Of a stretch of DNA of 64,000 bases, positions 23,601-33,335 are shown in pieces (positions within the stretch are counted from its first letter, which is position 1; every line of letters starts with the position of its first letter). This DNA comes from Leucoraja erinacea (lineage: Eukaryota), in the NCBI RefSeq assembly GCF_028641065.1, contig NC_073401.1, positions 22,258,001-22,322,000 on the forward strand, written 5' to 3'. The notes beneath the pieces were generated by a model that saw only the letters and a program-made list of their open reading frames with translations, did not search any database and was not told where the DNA came from. The position numbers were made by a program, and so were the translations under genes.

Positions 23601-26600
23601 TTGATATATTTTGGAGCTCGTGGGATGACAAAAGGTAAAGGGATTACATCTGAAGAGAACGTTATCATAAACATTAAATGTCTGACTCTGTGGAAGGTAT
23701 AGATGAATACAAAAAGTATAAGGCGACAATAACGGGGTCAGAGAGAATATTAAAATAGGTCAGGGAATAGTGTAAAGGAAATCCAAATTTATTTTATATA
23801 CGTTACATAATAAAATTGTATTCAAGGAGCAATTGATAACTTAGGGTCTAAAAACCCTATCTCTACTCAGGGGCAGAGGGTATTGATAAGATACTAAATA
23901 AATAATTTGCAGCCGCCATCATTTACAAAGTTAATGTTACAGGGTGACAGTAAATGAGGTGGTAATTATAGTTGTTGTGATTAGATAGTGAACGGCATGT
24001 AACAAAATTGGAACTACCCAAAGTCGAATTACAGACAGAATTTGACATTTGGTGACTCTGGGGAAATGTCCTAATTTGTCCCAATATGGTGGTGATAATG
24101 GATTAGTATCACAACAATTGTGTGCATCCCTGTTTACAACAGGGAATCAAAATAATGTCCCAATGCTGGACAATCATTTTTAAATTACTGGAGAGGAAAG
24201 CGTCGGAAGACTATATAGGAAAGCGTTGGTATCCTTTTCATACGGCAACCCATCTTTCCAAATGTTGGTCCAGTTCATCTTTAAATTGCTTCCATCACAT
24301 TGCTTCCATCACACAGGAAGGATGTAAATATGTACAACAGAGACTGTACATCAAAACCAACCGTGCCTTCATCTAAATTATTTATATAAATTACATATCA
24401 TGTTGACTCTCTAGCGCCAATATCAGTGGTGAACCACTTGTTATTCGCTCAACCACTCATCCACTCAACTGCTAGTGGGAGAGTCTAGGCCTGGAGGTCA
24501 TAGCCTCAGAATTAAAGGACGTTACTTTAGGAAGGAGATGAGAATGAATTTCTTTAGTCAGAGGGTGATGAATCTATGGAATTCTTTGCCATAGAACGCT
24601 GTGGAGGCACTGTCAATTGATATTTTTAAGGCAGAAATAGATAGATTCTTGATCAGTACGGGTGTCAGGAGTTATGGGGAGAAGGCAAGAGAATTGGGTT
24701 AGGAAGAAAAGATAAATCAGCCATGATTGAATGGCGGGATAGATATGATGGGCCGAATGACCTAATTCTGCCCTTATTACCGGTGACCTTATGACCTTAT
24801 ATCTAGTCAAACAAGCAAACGCTCCATGTATCCGTAATAGCTGTTTAAATGGGCATAGAACCCGACTCCTGATTGTAGAGTGCTTCCAGAATTTGGTTTC
24901 ATTGACACTGATGTGACTACATTTTAGAAAGGAGGTAAACATATGGAATAGCGAAGAGCCAGGAACGAAAGATACATTTGTTGTTCCTTGTGGTAGCTAC
25001 TCACATACCATTTCCTTGGCGTGTGCTTTGTCCATTGACGCTTTTAAATGAATCTTGAAGTTCTTTAACATCAACAGAAATCTTCATATCTACATATTGA
25101 AAAGTGTGTTATATTTCAGAAACAAAACCTGCTTACAATCAGAAGTAAATAACTGTTCAGCTTTACCATTGAACGAATACAGGAAGTACAACATAGCAGT
25201 TTGAGAGTTCTCTGAGTGCATCCGACGAATCTACAGCCGGTTATAATGAAAGCACGCGGTTTTACTGTCAGAAGAAGACAGTGGAGGTGGATTTTTCCAT
25301 CGAAATAAATGGTCTGGTGAGGCATTTGAAATTTCCACTTTGCGTTCCATAATAATGAAGCTGAAAGTAACAGGCTTAGCCCGGACCCGTGACGGGCTAA
25401 TAATGGCATTCTTTTGAAGACGAGGTTTTCTATTCTATTGACGGCGATAAAGGCACCGCAGCTGGGCCGGTAGGCGTGACAGAATATTCGTAAAGTGGAT
25501 ATCAACGTGTTAAATGGAATGTGTTCTTCTTGGGTTCAATATCGCAAAGTTCCATCTGATGCCAAGAACAGCCACACAGGAGCCGTCACTGGCGCCCGTC
25601 CCCTCGGTCCACCAACCAACCACCCGTTCGTAAGCAGCGGCCGAGCGCTGGTGAGCTGGGGAGGACGGGTACTATCGCCACCGTAGCTCCGAAAACGACG
25701 GTTTGAAAAATATCATAGCTGGCCAGAGGGATCCGGAGTTATTCTTTCACCTTGATGATATGTTATCACATGTGAAACATCAATTCTCCACAGATGCTGC
25801 CCTGATTGGTGAGATGTCCAGCATGTTCTGCCTCTGTTCCTTGAGGTTGAATAGTTAACAAATTTACACAATGATTACATTTAGACAGTTCAATTAAAGT
25901 GTCCACCTTCTGGTGGATATTTATATTCGAGACCTGGGTGTCATGGTACACCAATCATTGAAGGTAGGCATGTAGGTGCAGCAGGCAGTGAAGAAAGAGA
26001 ATGGTATGTTCGCATTCATAGCAAAAGGATTTGAGTATAGGAGCAGGGAGGTTCTACTGCAGTTGTACAGGGTCTTGGTGAGACCACATCTGGAGTATTG
26101 CGTACAGTTTTGGTCTCCTAATCTGAGGAAAGACATACTTGCCATAGAGGGAGTACAGAGAAGGTTCACCAGACTGATTCCTGGGATGTCAGGACTTTCA
26201 TATGAAGAAAGACTGGATAGACTCGGCTTGTACCCGCTAGAATTTAGAAGATTGAGGGGGGATCTTATAGAAACGTACAAAATTCTTAAGGGGTTGGATA
26301 GGCTAGATGCAGGAAGATTGTCCCCGATGTTGGGGAAGTCCAGAACAAGGGATCACGGTTTAAGGATAAGGGGGAAATCTTTTAGGACCGAGATGAGGAA
26401 AACATTTTTCACACAGAGAGTGGTGAATCTCTGGAATTCTCTGCCACAGAGGGCAGTTGAGGACCAGTTCATTGGCTATATTTAAGAGGGAGTTAGATGT
26501 GACCCTTGTGGCTAAAGGGATCAGGGGGTATGGAGAGAAGGCAGGTACAGGATACTGAGTTGGATGATCAGCCGTGATCATATTGAATGGCGGTGCAGGC

Positions 26601-29345
26601 TCGAAGGGCCGAATAGCCTACTCCTGCACCTAGTTTCTATGTTTCTATGATGCAAGTGGGAAGTAGATGAATCGATTGGTGTTTCAAGAAGCGGTTGGCG
26701 TTTGCCAAGTCGCAAGTATCAACAGGTACCTTTTTATTGCGGGTCACACCTGAAGCTGGATAATGGATTCTGCACAATTCATGGTATCAGGTAATGAATT
26801 AATAGTTTGAATGATACTGCATGGAAACAGCCCCTTCGGCCCACCTAGCCCATGCCGATCATCGATCACCCGTACACACAAGGTCTATGTTATAACACTT
26901 TCGCATCCATTCCCTAAACACTAGGGGTAATTTACAGCGCCCAAATGAGCGTGCGATGCAGGCTGTGGAAATAAACCGGAGTACCCAGAGGAAACTAACG
27001 CGGTTACAAGGAGAACGTGCAACGTCCACATTGACAGCATCCAAGGTTATTTCGAACGCGGATCTCTGGCGTTGCAAGGCAGCAGCTCGTGCAGATGTAC
27101 CAAATGTGGCAAACGAAATGGATTTTGAATTTTCCTTGATAGTGCACGTAAAATGCATAGAACGCATTGTAACCTTCAGAAAAGCGGCTGGATTCACATT
27201 CAGACGCAATATTCATGCACTCGGTGAAAGCTTGCGTTAAGGAGGCGCCGATGGTTCATGAAAACTCTCCCGTTTGCCTCGGGCAAATCGATGTAATGTT
27301 AGCCCGTGTGTAAGAGATCGTCAGAGGCGCCGCTTGGACTGCAATGCCAATTATGAGATGAATGGAGCAAAGTGGAAAGAGCCGACTTCCATGAACGTTG
27401 AAAGCCAGGGTCACCTTGAGAGAAACTAGTAACGTCTTTGCCCCGCGTCCAGTGTCACATTGACAGACACATGTAACGTCCCTTGGTCTGTTGGTGCAGC
27501 TTGATTTTATCACCAGCTCTAGTGTATTAGTCCTCGCTGATGTAACATAATTGCCCCCCAAAAAACCGCGCCGAAAGCCATTCCCACCGCCACCTCTTTC
27601 CCTCTCTAAGTAGAGGTGGTGGGGTGACTCAGTCGGCAGAGAACAAAATCAAATCCTTAGCAAAACAAATCATTTAAGCCAAACGAATACTGAAAAACCA
27701 AGATAGAGTGGATGCAGAGAGGATGTTTCAAGTAGTGGGAAAGTCTGGGACCAGAGGACACAGCCTCTGAATATGAAGGCGTATCTAGAATAGAGATGTT
27801 GAGGAATTTCCATAGCCAGAACAGCGATGGAGGCCACGTCGTTAGGTATTTTTAATGCAAAGATTGGTAGGTTATTGATGAATAAGGGCGTCAAAGGTAA
27901 CGGGGAGAAGGCAGAGGAATGGGACTGAGGGAGAAAAGATAATCAGCTTTTTAGTTTAGTTTAGTTTAGTTTAGAGATGCAGCACGGTACAGGCCCACTG
28001 AGTCCGCGCCGACGAGCCAACCCCGCACATCAACACTATCCTACACACATTAAGGACATTTTTTACATTTACCAAGCCAATTAACCTACAAACCTGTACG
28101 TTTTTGGAGTGTGGGAGGAGACCGAAGATCTCGGAGAAAACCCACGCGGGTCACGGGGAGAACGTACAAACTACGTACAGACAGCCTCCGTAGTCGGGAT
28201 CGAACTCGGCTCTCTGGCGCTGTAAGGCAGCAACTCCACCGCTGCGCCACTGTGCCGCCCTGATCTGATCTAGCAGATTCGACGGGACGAATGGCCCAAT
28301 TCTACTCCAATTCCATGGTCTACTAGAAGTCCTCTCTGAAATGTTCAGGTCAGAGTAATCACCTTATTAAAAAGGCTGTGCCATGAACGCATCTACGCTA
28401 CATGATTTTTTCCGCAGCGCTGGACTATGTGAACAGCAGCCAATAATTCTCGTAGAAGTTCTCAAACGGAGAACTGATTGAATCCACTGGAGAACGTAAT
28501 GTTCCCCAAATATCCCAAGCCAACACCGTTGGTGTGCAGTGTTTACTACCACACGGATAGAGCAGAGCGTACAGTAACAGCCACACAGTTTAACCGATAC
28601 CTTTGATCGCCCCGTCCATTCAAATTCGAAAGCGATTTGCCAACATTCGCTTTCAATGATCTGTATAGACAAGCTGGGCGCGTTTCCTCGTGTTAGAGAG
28701 CGTGAACGTGGTTTATCTGACAGAGAGCCTATTGCTTCCTATGTCACACCTCCCGAGAACAGAAACATTACCCATCGGAACGTGGTAAACAGACAATTTG
28801 GATGGGTTAAATATACCGCAGAGCTGGTGGGATTTGTGCTTGGCAGAAAGTAGACTGGCAGCAAGTTATGCAGAAATATGGATAGACAATAGTTCGATGG
28901 GGTGGGGTATCGCCAAGCGGATAGTGTAGTATCGGGCGTCGATTGGGGTAGGTTCTGTTGACATCGATTAATTATTGTCGGGGCGTATAACTGATCGCCC
29001 GCACCGTGCTGCCTGCTTTATATCGCAGAGGGACATGTATAACTGTCAGAAGAACAATACTTACATGCAATAATGGACAGTACTGTGAGTACTCCCAGGC
29101 CAATCAGACACAACGTGACAGTGACCCTCCCAATGATTTCCCCTTTCCTCGGTTTCGACAATCGAGTCCATTCTGAGCCTGAATGTACATTGAAATTAAT
29201 TGAAATGAAGCAGTATATAATTTCACACTGCGAGTGACAAAATACAATTGACAAAATAATTACCGGTTTTGAATAATACAGAGTTTTCGCTGTCACAAAT
29301 GGATAAATTCTGCAAGGCGTCGTTGGAAGGGTTTTCGAGGGCCAT
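2477..29345 (-). CDS. Type II transmembrane C-type lectin receptor (CD209/ASGR/CLEC4/CLEC10A-like), 11 coding exons, 371 aa. Exons: 29345-29264, 29178-29065, 25089-25009, 19954-19859, 18698-18603, 15577-15494, 11262-11167, 8545-8471, 5311-5166, 4058-3946, 2609-2477
   Basis: All introns are GT..AG and phases chain correctly (1,1,1,1,1,1,1,1,0,2); total 1116 nt = 371 aa + stop. Domain order is cytoplasmic tail, TM, heptad-rich neck, then a three-exon CTLD with 6 Cys, WIGL, QPD and WND. Extra neck exons (e.g. inside the N gap) cannot be excluded. Confidence 0.85.
3946..4058 (-). CDS. CTLD exon 2: [37 protein letters not shown](K)
   Basis: WIGL..EG.W.W.DG signature; cAG acceptor, GTAAG donor, phase 0 to 2. 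Confidence 0.95.
5166..5311 (-). CDS. CTLD exon 1: (D)[48 protein letters not shown]
   Basis: CP..F.....CYLFS....F..A...C......L..I....EQ signature; tttatAG acceptor, GTATG donor, phase 1 to 0. Confidence 0.95.
5361..5715 (-). mobile_element. CR1 LINE 3' fragment (second subfamily)
   Basis: Homologous to the CR1 3' ends at 50400-50910 and 60230-60735. Confidence 0.65.
5789..6107. mobile_element. PIF/Harbinger-like MITE
   Basis: ~45-nt imperfect TIRs (CCCTGTCCCA.GGT..GAGTT.ATTCC..AG.TCTCCCGAGTT) flanked by TTA (5786-5788 and 6108-6110). Confidence 0.75.
6572..6826 (+). mobile_element. tRNA-derived V-SINE (HE1-like)
   Basis: GGCACAGTGGC..GGGTTCAAT head, V-core GGAGTT.TA..TTCTCCCTGTGACC.CGTGGGTTT, CR1-like tail GGGCCGAAGGGCCTGTTTCC. 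Confidence 0.75.
7029..7158 (-). mobile_element. Penelope-like pseudo-LTR fragment containing a minimal hammerhead-ribozyme core (7157-7130)
   Basis: Minus strand CTGAAGA-AGGGTTTCGGCCC-GAAACGTT; flanked by direct repeat TCCTATAGG (7020-7028, 7159-7167). Confidence 0.6.
7731..8222 (-). mobile_element. CR1 (HER1-like) LINE 3' fragment
   Basis: ORF2 C-terminus [34 protein letters not shown]; (CATAGAAA)n tail. Confidence 0.9.
8471..8545 (-). CDS. Lectin neck exon (75 nt): (V)[24 protein letters not shown]
   Basis: tttAG / GTAAG, phase 1-1, open frame, heptad pattern, N-glycosylation sequons NLS and NST. Confidence 0.85.
9257..9667 (-). mobile_element. Degraded Rex1/Babar-like LINE 3' end
   Basis: Similar to 11690-11880 (GAAGCTGTTCCTGA..TGG); simple-repeat tail. 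Confidence 0.5.
11167..11262 (-). CDS. Lectin neck exon (96 nt): (D)[31 protein letters not shown]
   Basis: ttttctcttccAG / GTAAG, phase 1-1, open frame. Confidence 0.85.
11504..11685. mobile_element. Inverted (hairpin) pair of Penelope-like pLTR fragments
   Basis: AAACTCAGCGGGTGCAGCAGCATCTATGGAG... is reverse-complementary to ...CTCCATAGATGCTGCTGCACCCGCTGAGTTT. Related copies at ~229, 1541, 4851, 16511, 17030, 18950, 23130, 29660, 58255. Confidence 0.6.
11686..12842 (-). mobile_element. Rex1/Babar-clade LINE, decayed RT
   Basis: [27 protein letters not shown]; GAPQGC.LS.LLYSLY.HDC; [10 protein letters not shown]; frameshifted. Confidence 0.85.
13125..14190 (+). mobile_element. Complete non-autonomous Helitron
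   Basis: A|TCTATATAACT 5' end; TGGGACCCAACGGATCCCA hairpin (14162-14180) then ttagtCTAG|T; no TSD; internal minisatellites. Confidence 0.85.
14890..15355. repeat. Tandem duplication, period ~230 nt, of a decayed SINE segment
   Basis: 14919-15055 is identical to 15149-15285. Confidence 0.85.
15494..15577 (-). CDS. Lectin neck exon (84 nt): (A)[27 protein letters not shown]
   Basis: ctttttcAG / GTGAG, phase 1-1, heptad pattern. Confidence 0.85.
15928..16402 (+). mobile_element. CR1 LINE 3' fragment
   Basis: [30 protein letters not shown]; tail ATTTTCTATG. Confidence 0.9.
17404..18372 (+). mobile_element. RTE/RTEX-like LINE 3' part with largely open RT C-terminus
   Basis: F.LYINDL..GC.IG....[26 protein letters not shown]; AATAAA plus (TTA)-rich tail. 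Confidence 0.75.
18603..18698 (-). CDS. Lectin neck exon (96 nt): (G)[31 protein letters not shown]
   Basis: tttactgtccAG / GTAGG, phase 1-1, heptad pattern. Confidence 0.85.
19228..19435 (+). mobile_element. Rex1/Babar LINE fragment
   Basis: SFK.MGI..SDNLSW..HI..I.KK..Q.IYFLR.LKRFG....L.NFY.C..ESILT. Confidence 0.7.
19859..19954 (-). CDS. Lectin neck exon (96 nt): (D)[31 protein letters not shown]
   Basis: ttttgtgtttAG / GTATG, phase 1-1, heptad pattern similar to neighbouring neck exons. Confidence 0.85.
20465..20915 (-). mobile_element. CR1 LINE 3' fragment
   Basis: [12 protein letters not shown] motif; related fragments at 24473-24800 (+) and 27692-27947 (+). Confidence 0.8.
21084..21625 (-). 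mobile_element. L2-clade LINE 3' fragment
   Basis: [14 protein letters not shown]...[43 protein letters not shown]; (TTGAC)n tail. Confidence 0.8.
21668..21751 (-). pseudogene. Neck-like 84-nt exon lacking a GT donor: (D)[27 protein letters not shown], then GAC TAG
   Basis: ttttcaAG acceptor; same size, phase and coiled-coil character as the other neck exons; the expected donor reads ACTAGA; in-frame TAG at 21665-21663. Confidence 0.6.
22221..22621. other. Assembly gap (401 N)
   Basis: N run within the lectin neck-exon region. Confidence 1.
25009..25089 (-). CDS. Lectin juxtamembrane/neck exon (81 nt): (Y)[26 protein letters not shown]
   Basis: atgtAG / GTATG, phase 1-1, joins the TM exon as IIA-Y-MKI. 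Confidence 0.8.
25929..26649 (+). mobile_element. CR1 LINE 3' fragment
   Basis: [24 protein letters not shown]; (TTTCTATG) tail. Confidence 0.9.
27950..28260 (-). mobile_element. V-SINE (HE1-like), near full length with (CTAAA)n tail
   Basis: Minus strand GGGCGGCACAGTGGCGCAGCGG head, B-box GAGTTCGATCC, V core; (TTTAG)n on plus strand. Confidence 0.8.
29065..29178 (-). CDS. Lectin TM exon: (G)[37 protein letters not shown]
   Basis: Basic residues followed by a ~20-aa hydrophobic stretch (type II signal-anchor); ttcAG / GTAAG. Confidence 0.9.
29264..29345 (-). CDS. Lectin first coding exon: [27 protein letters not shown]
   Basis: ATG at 29345 (cgaATGG), open to a phase-1 GTAAT donor, 85-nt intron to the TM exon; TATA-like element ~55 nt upstream. 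Confidence 0.7.
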
Positions 29346-29398
29346 TCGGTCTGATTGACTGGCGCCTACGAATATGAGTGCAACAGCTGTACGTTCCC

Positions 29399-29407
29399 GT
29401 TATAAGT
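29399..29407 (-). promoter_or_regulatory. Candidate TATA-like box (CTTATAAC) of the lectin gene
   Basis: Motif and position ~55-60 nt upstream of the proposed ATG only. Confidence 0.35.
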
Positions 29408-30614
29408 GAAGTAAAATGTTCCTCTTGCTTCTGCTTTGCTGCCATAGCGATTATAAAGCAGAAACTTTGCTGAGTGTTTCAAATCATGAACTGTAATTGC
29501 ACTGAAGAAAGTACGTTGACAATTTGCCAAGTTTTAAAAAGGAACTGAAAATGTGTGAGCAAACGTCACGCATTTGGAGGAAATCTTAATAAACATCGTA
29601 CGCCAAAGCATATTAAGGACAAAGCAATATGACACTGCTTATGTGTTTATTGCGCTATAATACTGAGGTCTCGACCCGACACGTTACTTATCCTAGTTCT
29701 CCAGAGATGCTGCTTGATCCGCTGAGTAACTCCAGCACTTTGTGTATTTTTGAATGATAAACCTATCACGCCACCCCGCCCATAAGATCCCATAGGCAAG
29801 ATTAAATCTTGGCGCAATGCACGGGGGGAAAATCACTGTCTTTCATAACACCAAGATGACAAAATATATCTGCAAAATCCCCTTTCCTGGTTAGTCATAG
29901 CCTACATTAATGCGAGGCAGAAATAAACAGGTAGTTTTTTTTATAACGGAAACGATGTTTCCGTTCACTTTCAAATCAGGGTGAAATGTAGAGATTTCTA
30001 AATGATGTAAAGTTGGCCGTGTGTCTGACACCGAGAAGGGTACATTAGATTGCCGTTCTGTTAGATAGAAAAGTAACAGAGGAAATTTAAACCAGTGGAA
30101 TGTAAGGCCATGTACTGGGGAAGGAAATACTCAATATATGTTTTTTAAACAGTGTGTGTTGGAGAAACAAACGGATCATGTGGTGCACTTCCACAGACCA
30201 TTACCGATTTCAAGCTAAGTGACGGAGATGGATAAATGGCCTCCTGTGCGGCAGATATTCTATGATTCGCCATCAGTATTATAAAATAGATGATCATTGT
30301 TTTTCTCGCTCCCAATTATCCATAGAATAATACTTGCTGGCTTGCAATATGACGTTATTTAATTCTCCCATATTCAACAACAACTTCGAAGTGCCTTCTT
30401 TGACGTGGGGGCAATAGGATGTTGGCGGGTGCCCATCCTGATTTTTATTACATTGTTATATCAACAACAAACCCCCATGTCAACACTTTCAAAAAGAAAT
30501 GATCGGACAGTAACTGTCTTCAGCCAACTAATAATGATTTCTGTGCTGCTCCACACGAGGCACATTAACCGTCGGAGTTACAAGTGCAGGCTCTGTTGAA
30601 ACTGGGCGGCGTAG

Positions 30615-30912
30615 CGCTGGCATAGTGGCGCAGGAATATAGTTGCTACCTCACAGCGTCTGAGACCCGGGTTCGATCCTGAGTGACAACCGTTGCTGTCT
30701 GTGCGGAGTTTGTACGTTGGTAACCGCGTGGGATTTCTCCGGGTGCTCTTGTTTCCTCCCACATTCGAAGGACCTGCAGGTTTGTAGGTTAATTGGCTTC
30801 TGAAATTGTCCCTGGTGTGCAAGATAGACCTAATATACGAGTGATCGCTGGTCGGCGCGGACTCGGTATGCCGAAGGGCCTGTTTCCACGCTGTATTTCT
30901 AAACTAAACGAA
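30615..30912 (+). mobile_element. V-SINE (HE1-like)
   Basis: GGCATAGTGGCGCAG..GGGTTCGATCC head, V core, CTAAACTAAAC tail. Further degraded copies at ~1680-1912, 14460-14790, 14800-15340, 26812-27090, 38900-39080. Confidence 0.75.
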
Positions 30913-31792
30913 ACTTTTGTGTAGTTGCCCTGATGTCGTTAACACTTTTGGCAATTCTGTCTACGCTGGTATCGCTCATTAAAAGTAACACTTGATTATA
31001 TTCTTGAGAACACTTGATAACAATTGGCAATATTCTTTGACTGGCAAGGAATATTGCCCCAACTAATGTGAAAGAAGTGGGACGAGGTACTTTAGATTAT
31101 TAAACCAACTATTCCACTCAATGAGACCTTGATTGATTCTACATCCTAACCAAAGGGCTCCACATTCTTTCATAAATATAACATATCTAATCCTAGCGTT
31201 TCCACACTAATCTGGTCTACCAGTTATTGAACATCAACGTTAGAAATTTATACGGGAAATATACTCCTACTTGATAACTTTCCCTTTAGTTTGTAATAGT
31301 CCACTTGATACCGACATAACTACAGGAATACTTTAAATGTGTTTCAAAGTGATCTATTGAAATAAATGCTTTATGTGCATTACCACTTAAGGACAGAATT
31401 TAATTGCAAGCTGCAAAGTGATATGGGATTCAAATCGTGCAATGGAATGTATGGGTTGCATAACAAATTGTTTGCAGGCAGCTTCTTGTCCAGTGTGTTG
31501 CACCAACGATCAATTGGGGTTGTGGAGGAATAATGCCAAAGACGGGACAAATCTGCCTCATATTTCAGACCGGATATTTGGCCCAGCTTTTCGTGCTTAA
31601 GCGCAGAGAAAGGATTTCATATCAATATAACATTAAAAGCTTGATACCTTCATGCACCCTCAACCTAACCGGAATAGCTAACCTTTTGTTCTGGCGATTA
31701 ATCCTATTTGCCATTGGAAGAAGATTCAATGAACGAATTTTGCTCTAAAAATAAAGTAGACTGGGGATATTTATCGAAACCTTTGATCATAT

Positions 31793-32160
31793 AAACATAG
31801 AAACATAGAAAATGGGTGCAGGAGTAGGCCATTCGGCCCTTCGAGCCTGCACCGCCATTCAATATGATCATGGCTGATCATCCAACTCAGTATCCTGTAC
31901 CTGCCTTCTCTCCATACCCCCCTGATCCCTTTAGCCACAAGGGCCACATCTAACTCCCTCTTAAATATAGCCAATGAACTGGCCTCAACTACCTTCTGTG
32001 GCAGAGAATTCCAGAGATTCACCACTCTCTGTGTGAAAAATGTTTTTCTCATCTCGGTCCTAAAAGATTTCCCCCTTATCCTTAAACTTTGACCCCTTGT
32101 TCTGGACTTCCCCAACATCGGGAACAACCTTCCTGCATCTAGCCTGTCCAACCCCTTAAT
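31793..32160 (-). mobile_element. CR1 LINE 3' fragment
   Basis: Near-identical to 7731-8100; (CATAGAAA)n tail. Confidence 0.9.
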
Positions 32161-33335
32161 CATCCAAACATCTACTGTGCTATTAAACTGGAACTTAATA
32201 TAAATACATTGAATTAATTCTCGGGATCTAGAGCATTGTACATGTTTATTTATCCTGGGATAGTTCGGTCATTTTAGTGGCAACACGTTTTGAGCTAGGC
32301 TATCTGGGCCGTGAGTCACAGACCAGTTACAATAAAAACTCGGTTCCTTTCTTAAATCCATTGGTATACCAGGTATTGAGGACAATTAAAAACTTTATTT
32401 GTCCTTTCTCCTGATTCCAGCTGAACGCTTCCGCCGAGAGTGTTCGACACATGGTCGACACATTGTATAAGGGTCATAATCAGAGCGTGATAATAACATA
32501 GATTTCAACTGATCTCCAACAGCTCCGACGTTTATTTACATTACGGTTTATTGTTAAATTAAGCATTACTTTCTAAATCAATCGCTTTCTCTTTAGACAA
32601 TAGACAATAGTTGCAGGAGTGTGGGCCATTCGGCCCTTCGAGCCAGCACCGCCATTCAATGTGATCATGGCTGATCATCCCCAATCCCGTTCCTGCCTCC
32701 GATTTACCCTTCTCCCTCTCAAATTGTAGATTAAAACTTATCATACAACGAACAAGCGGGAAATAAAGTAAACGCTGGAAATGTTGGTGTTTTTCCCTCT
32801 ACGATGCCGGAAAAGGGATTGTAATAAAATGCCTGATCCACCGAGTTCCGCTTTCTATTTTGTTTTTTGTTTGCTCTGGAACTGCGGTTACACATATATT
32901 CCAGTAGATGGCGCTCCAACACTACGTTAGAATGGTCTGATTTGTATCTCGGGAAGAAAGTATAGTTATTTGTCTGTAGGTAGTCCCACCACACAACTTG
33001 TATACAGGCATCTATCAAACCAGTCTTAATGCTAAAGAAAGATCATATTCTATGGTTAAATGATTTACATCCTCGGCTTTGTAGAGTGAGGATCTAAGAA
33101 TGTTGTTGATACCCTAACTGCAATCTTTCAATCTTCTTTCAGTCTCGGCAACACATATATTTAATTGGCAGAATTGCACATGGCAGTTTACTACTTTAAA
33201 AAAAACTAAAAGTGAGATAGCAGTAATAGTTTGCTGAGTCGGCCGAACATCTTTCGGTTTGTTTTAGTATTAGAGATATAGGGTGGAAATTGGCATTTCG
33301 ACCCACGGATTCCGCGCTGGCCACGATTACCGGTA

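Noticed and set aside
28170-28260. tRNA gene
   Set aside because: The A/B boxes belong to the tRNA-derived head of a V-SINE that continues into core and tail.
31271-31319. Possible alternative upstream lectin exon (minus) LCRYQVDYYKLKGKLS with ITIM-like VDYYKL, AG/GT flanks and phase-1 end
   Set aside because: No in-frame ATG or upstream partner exon identified, and a simpler first exon exists at 29345; could be chance. Would need RNA evidence.
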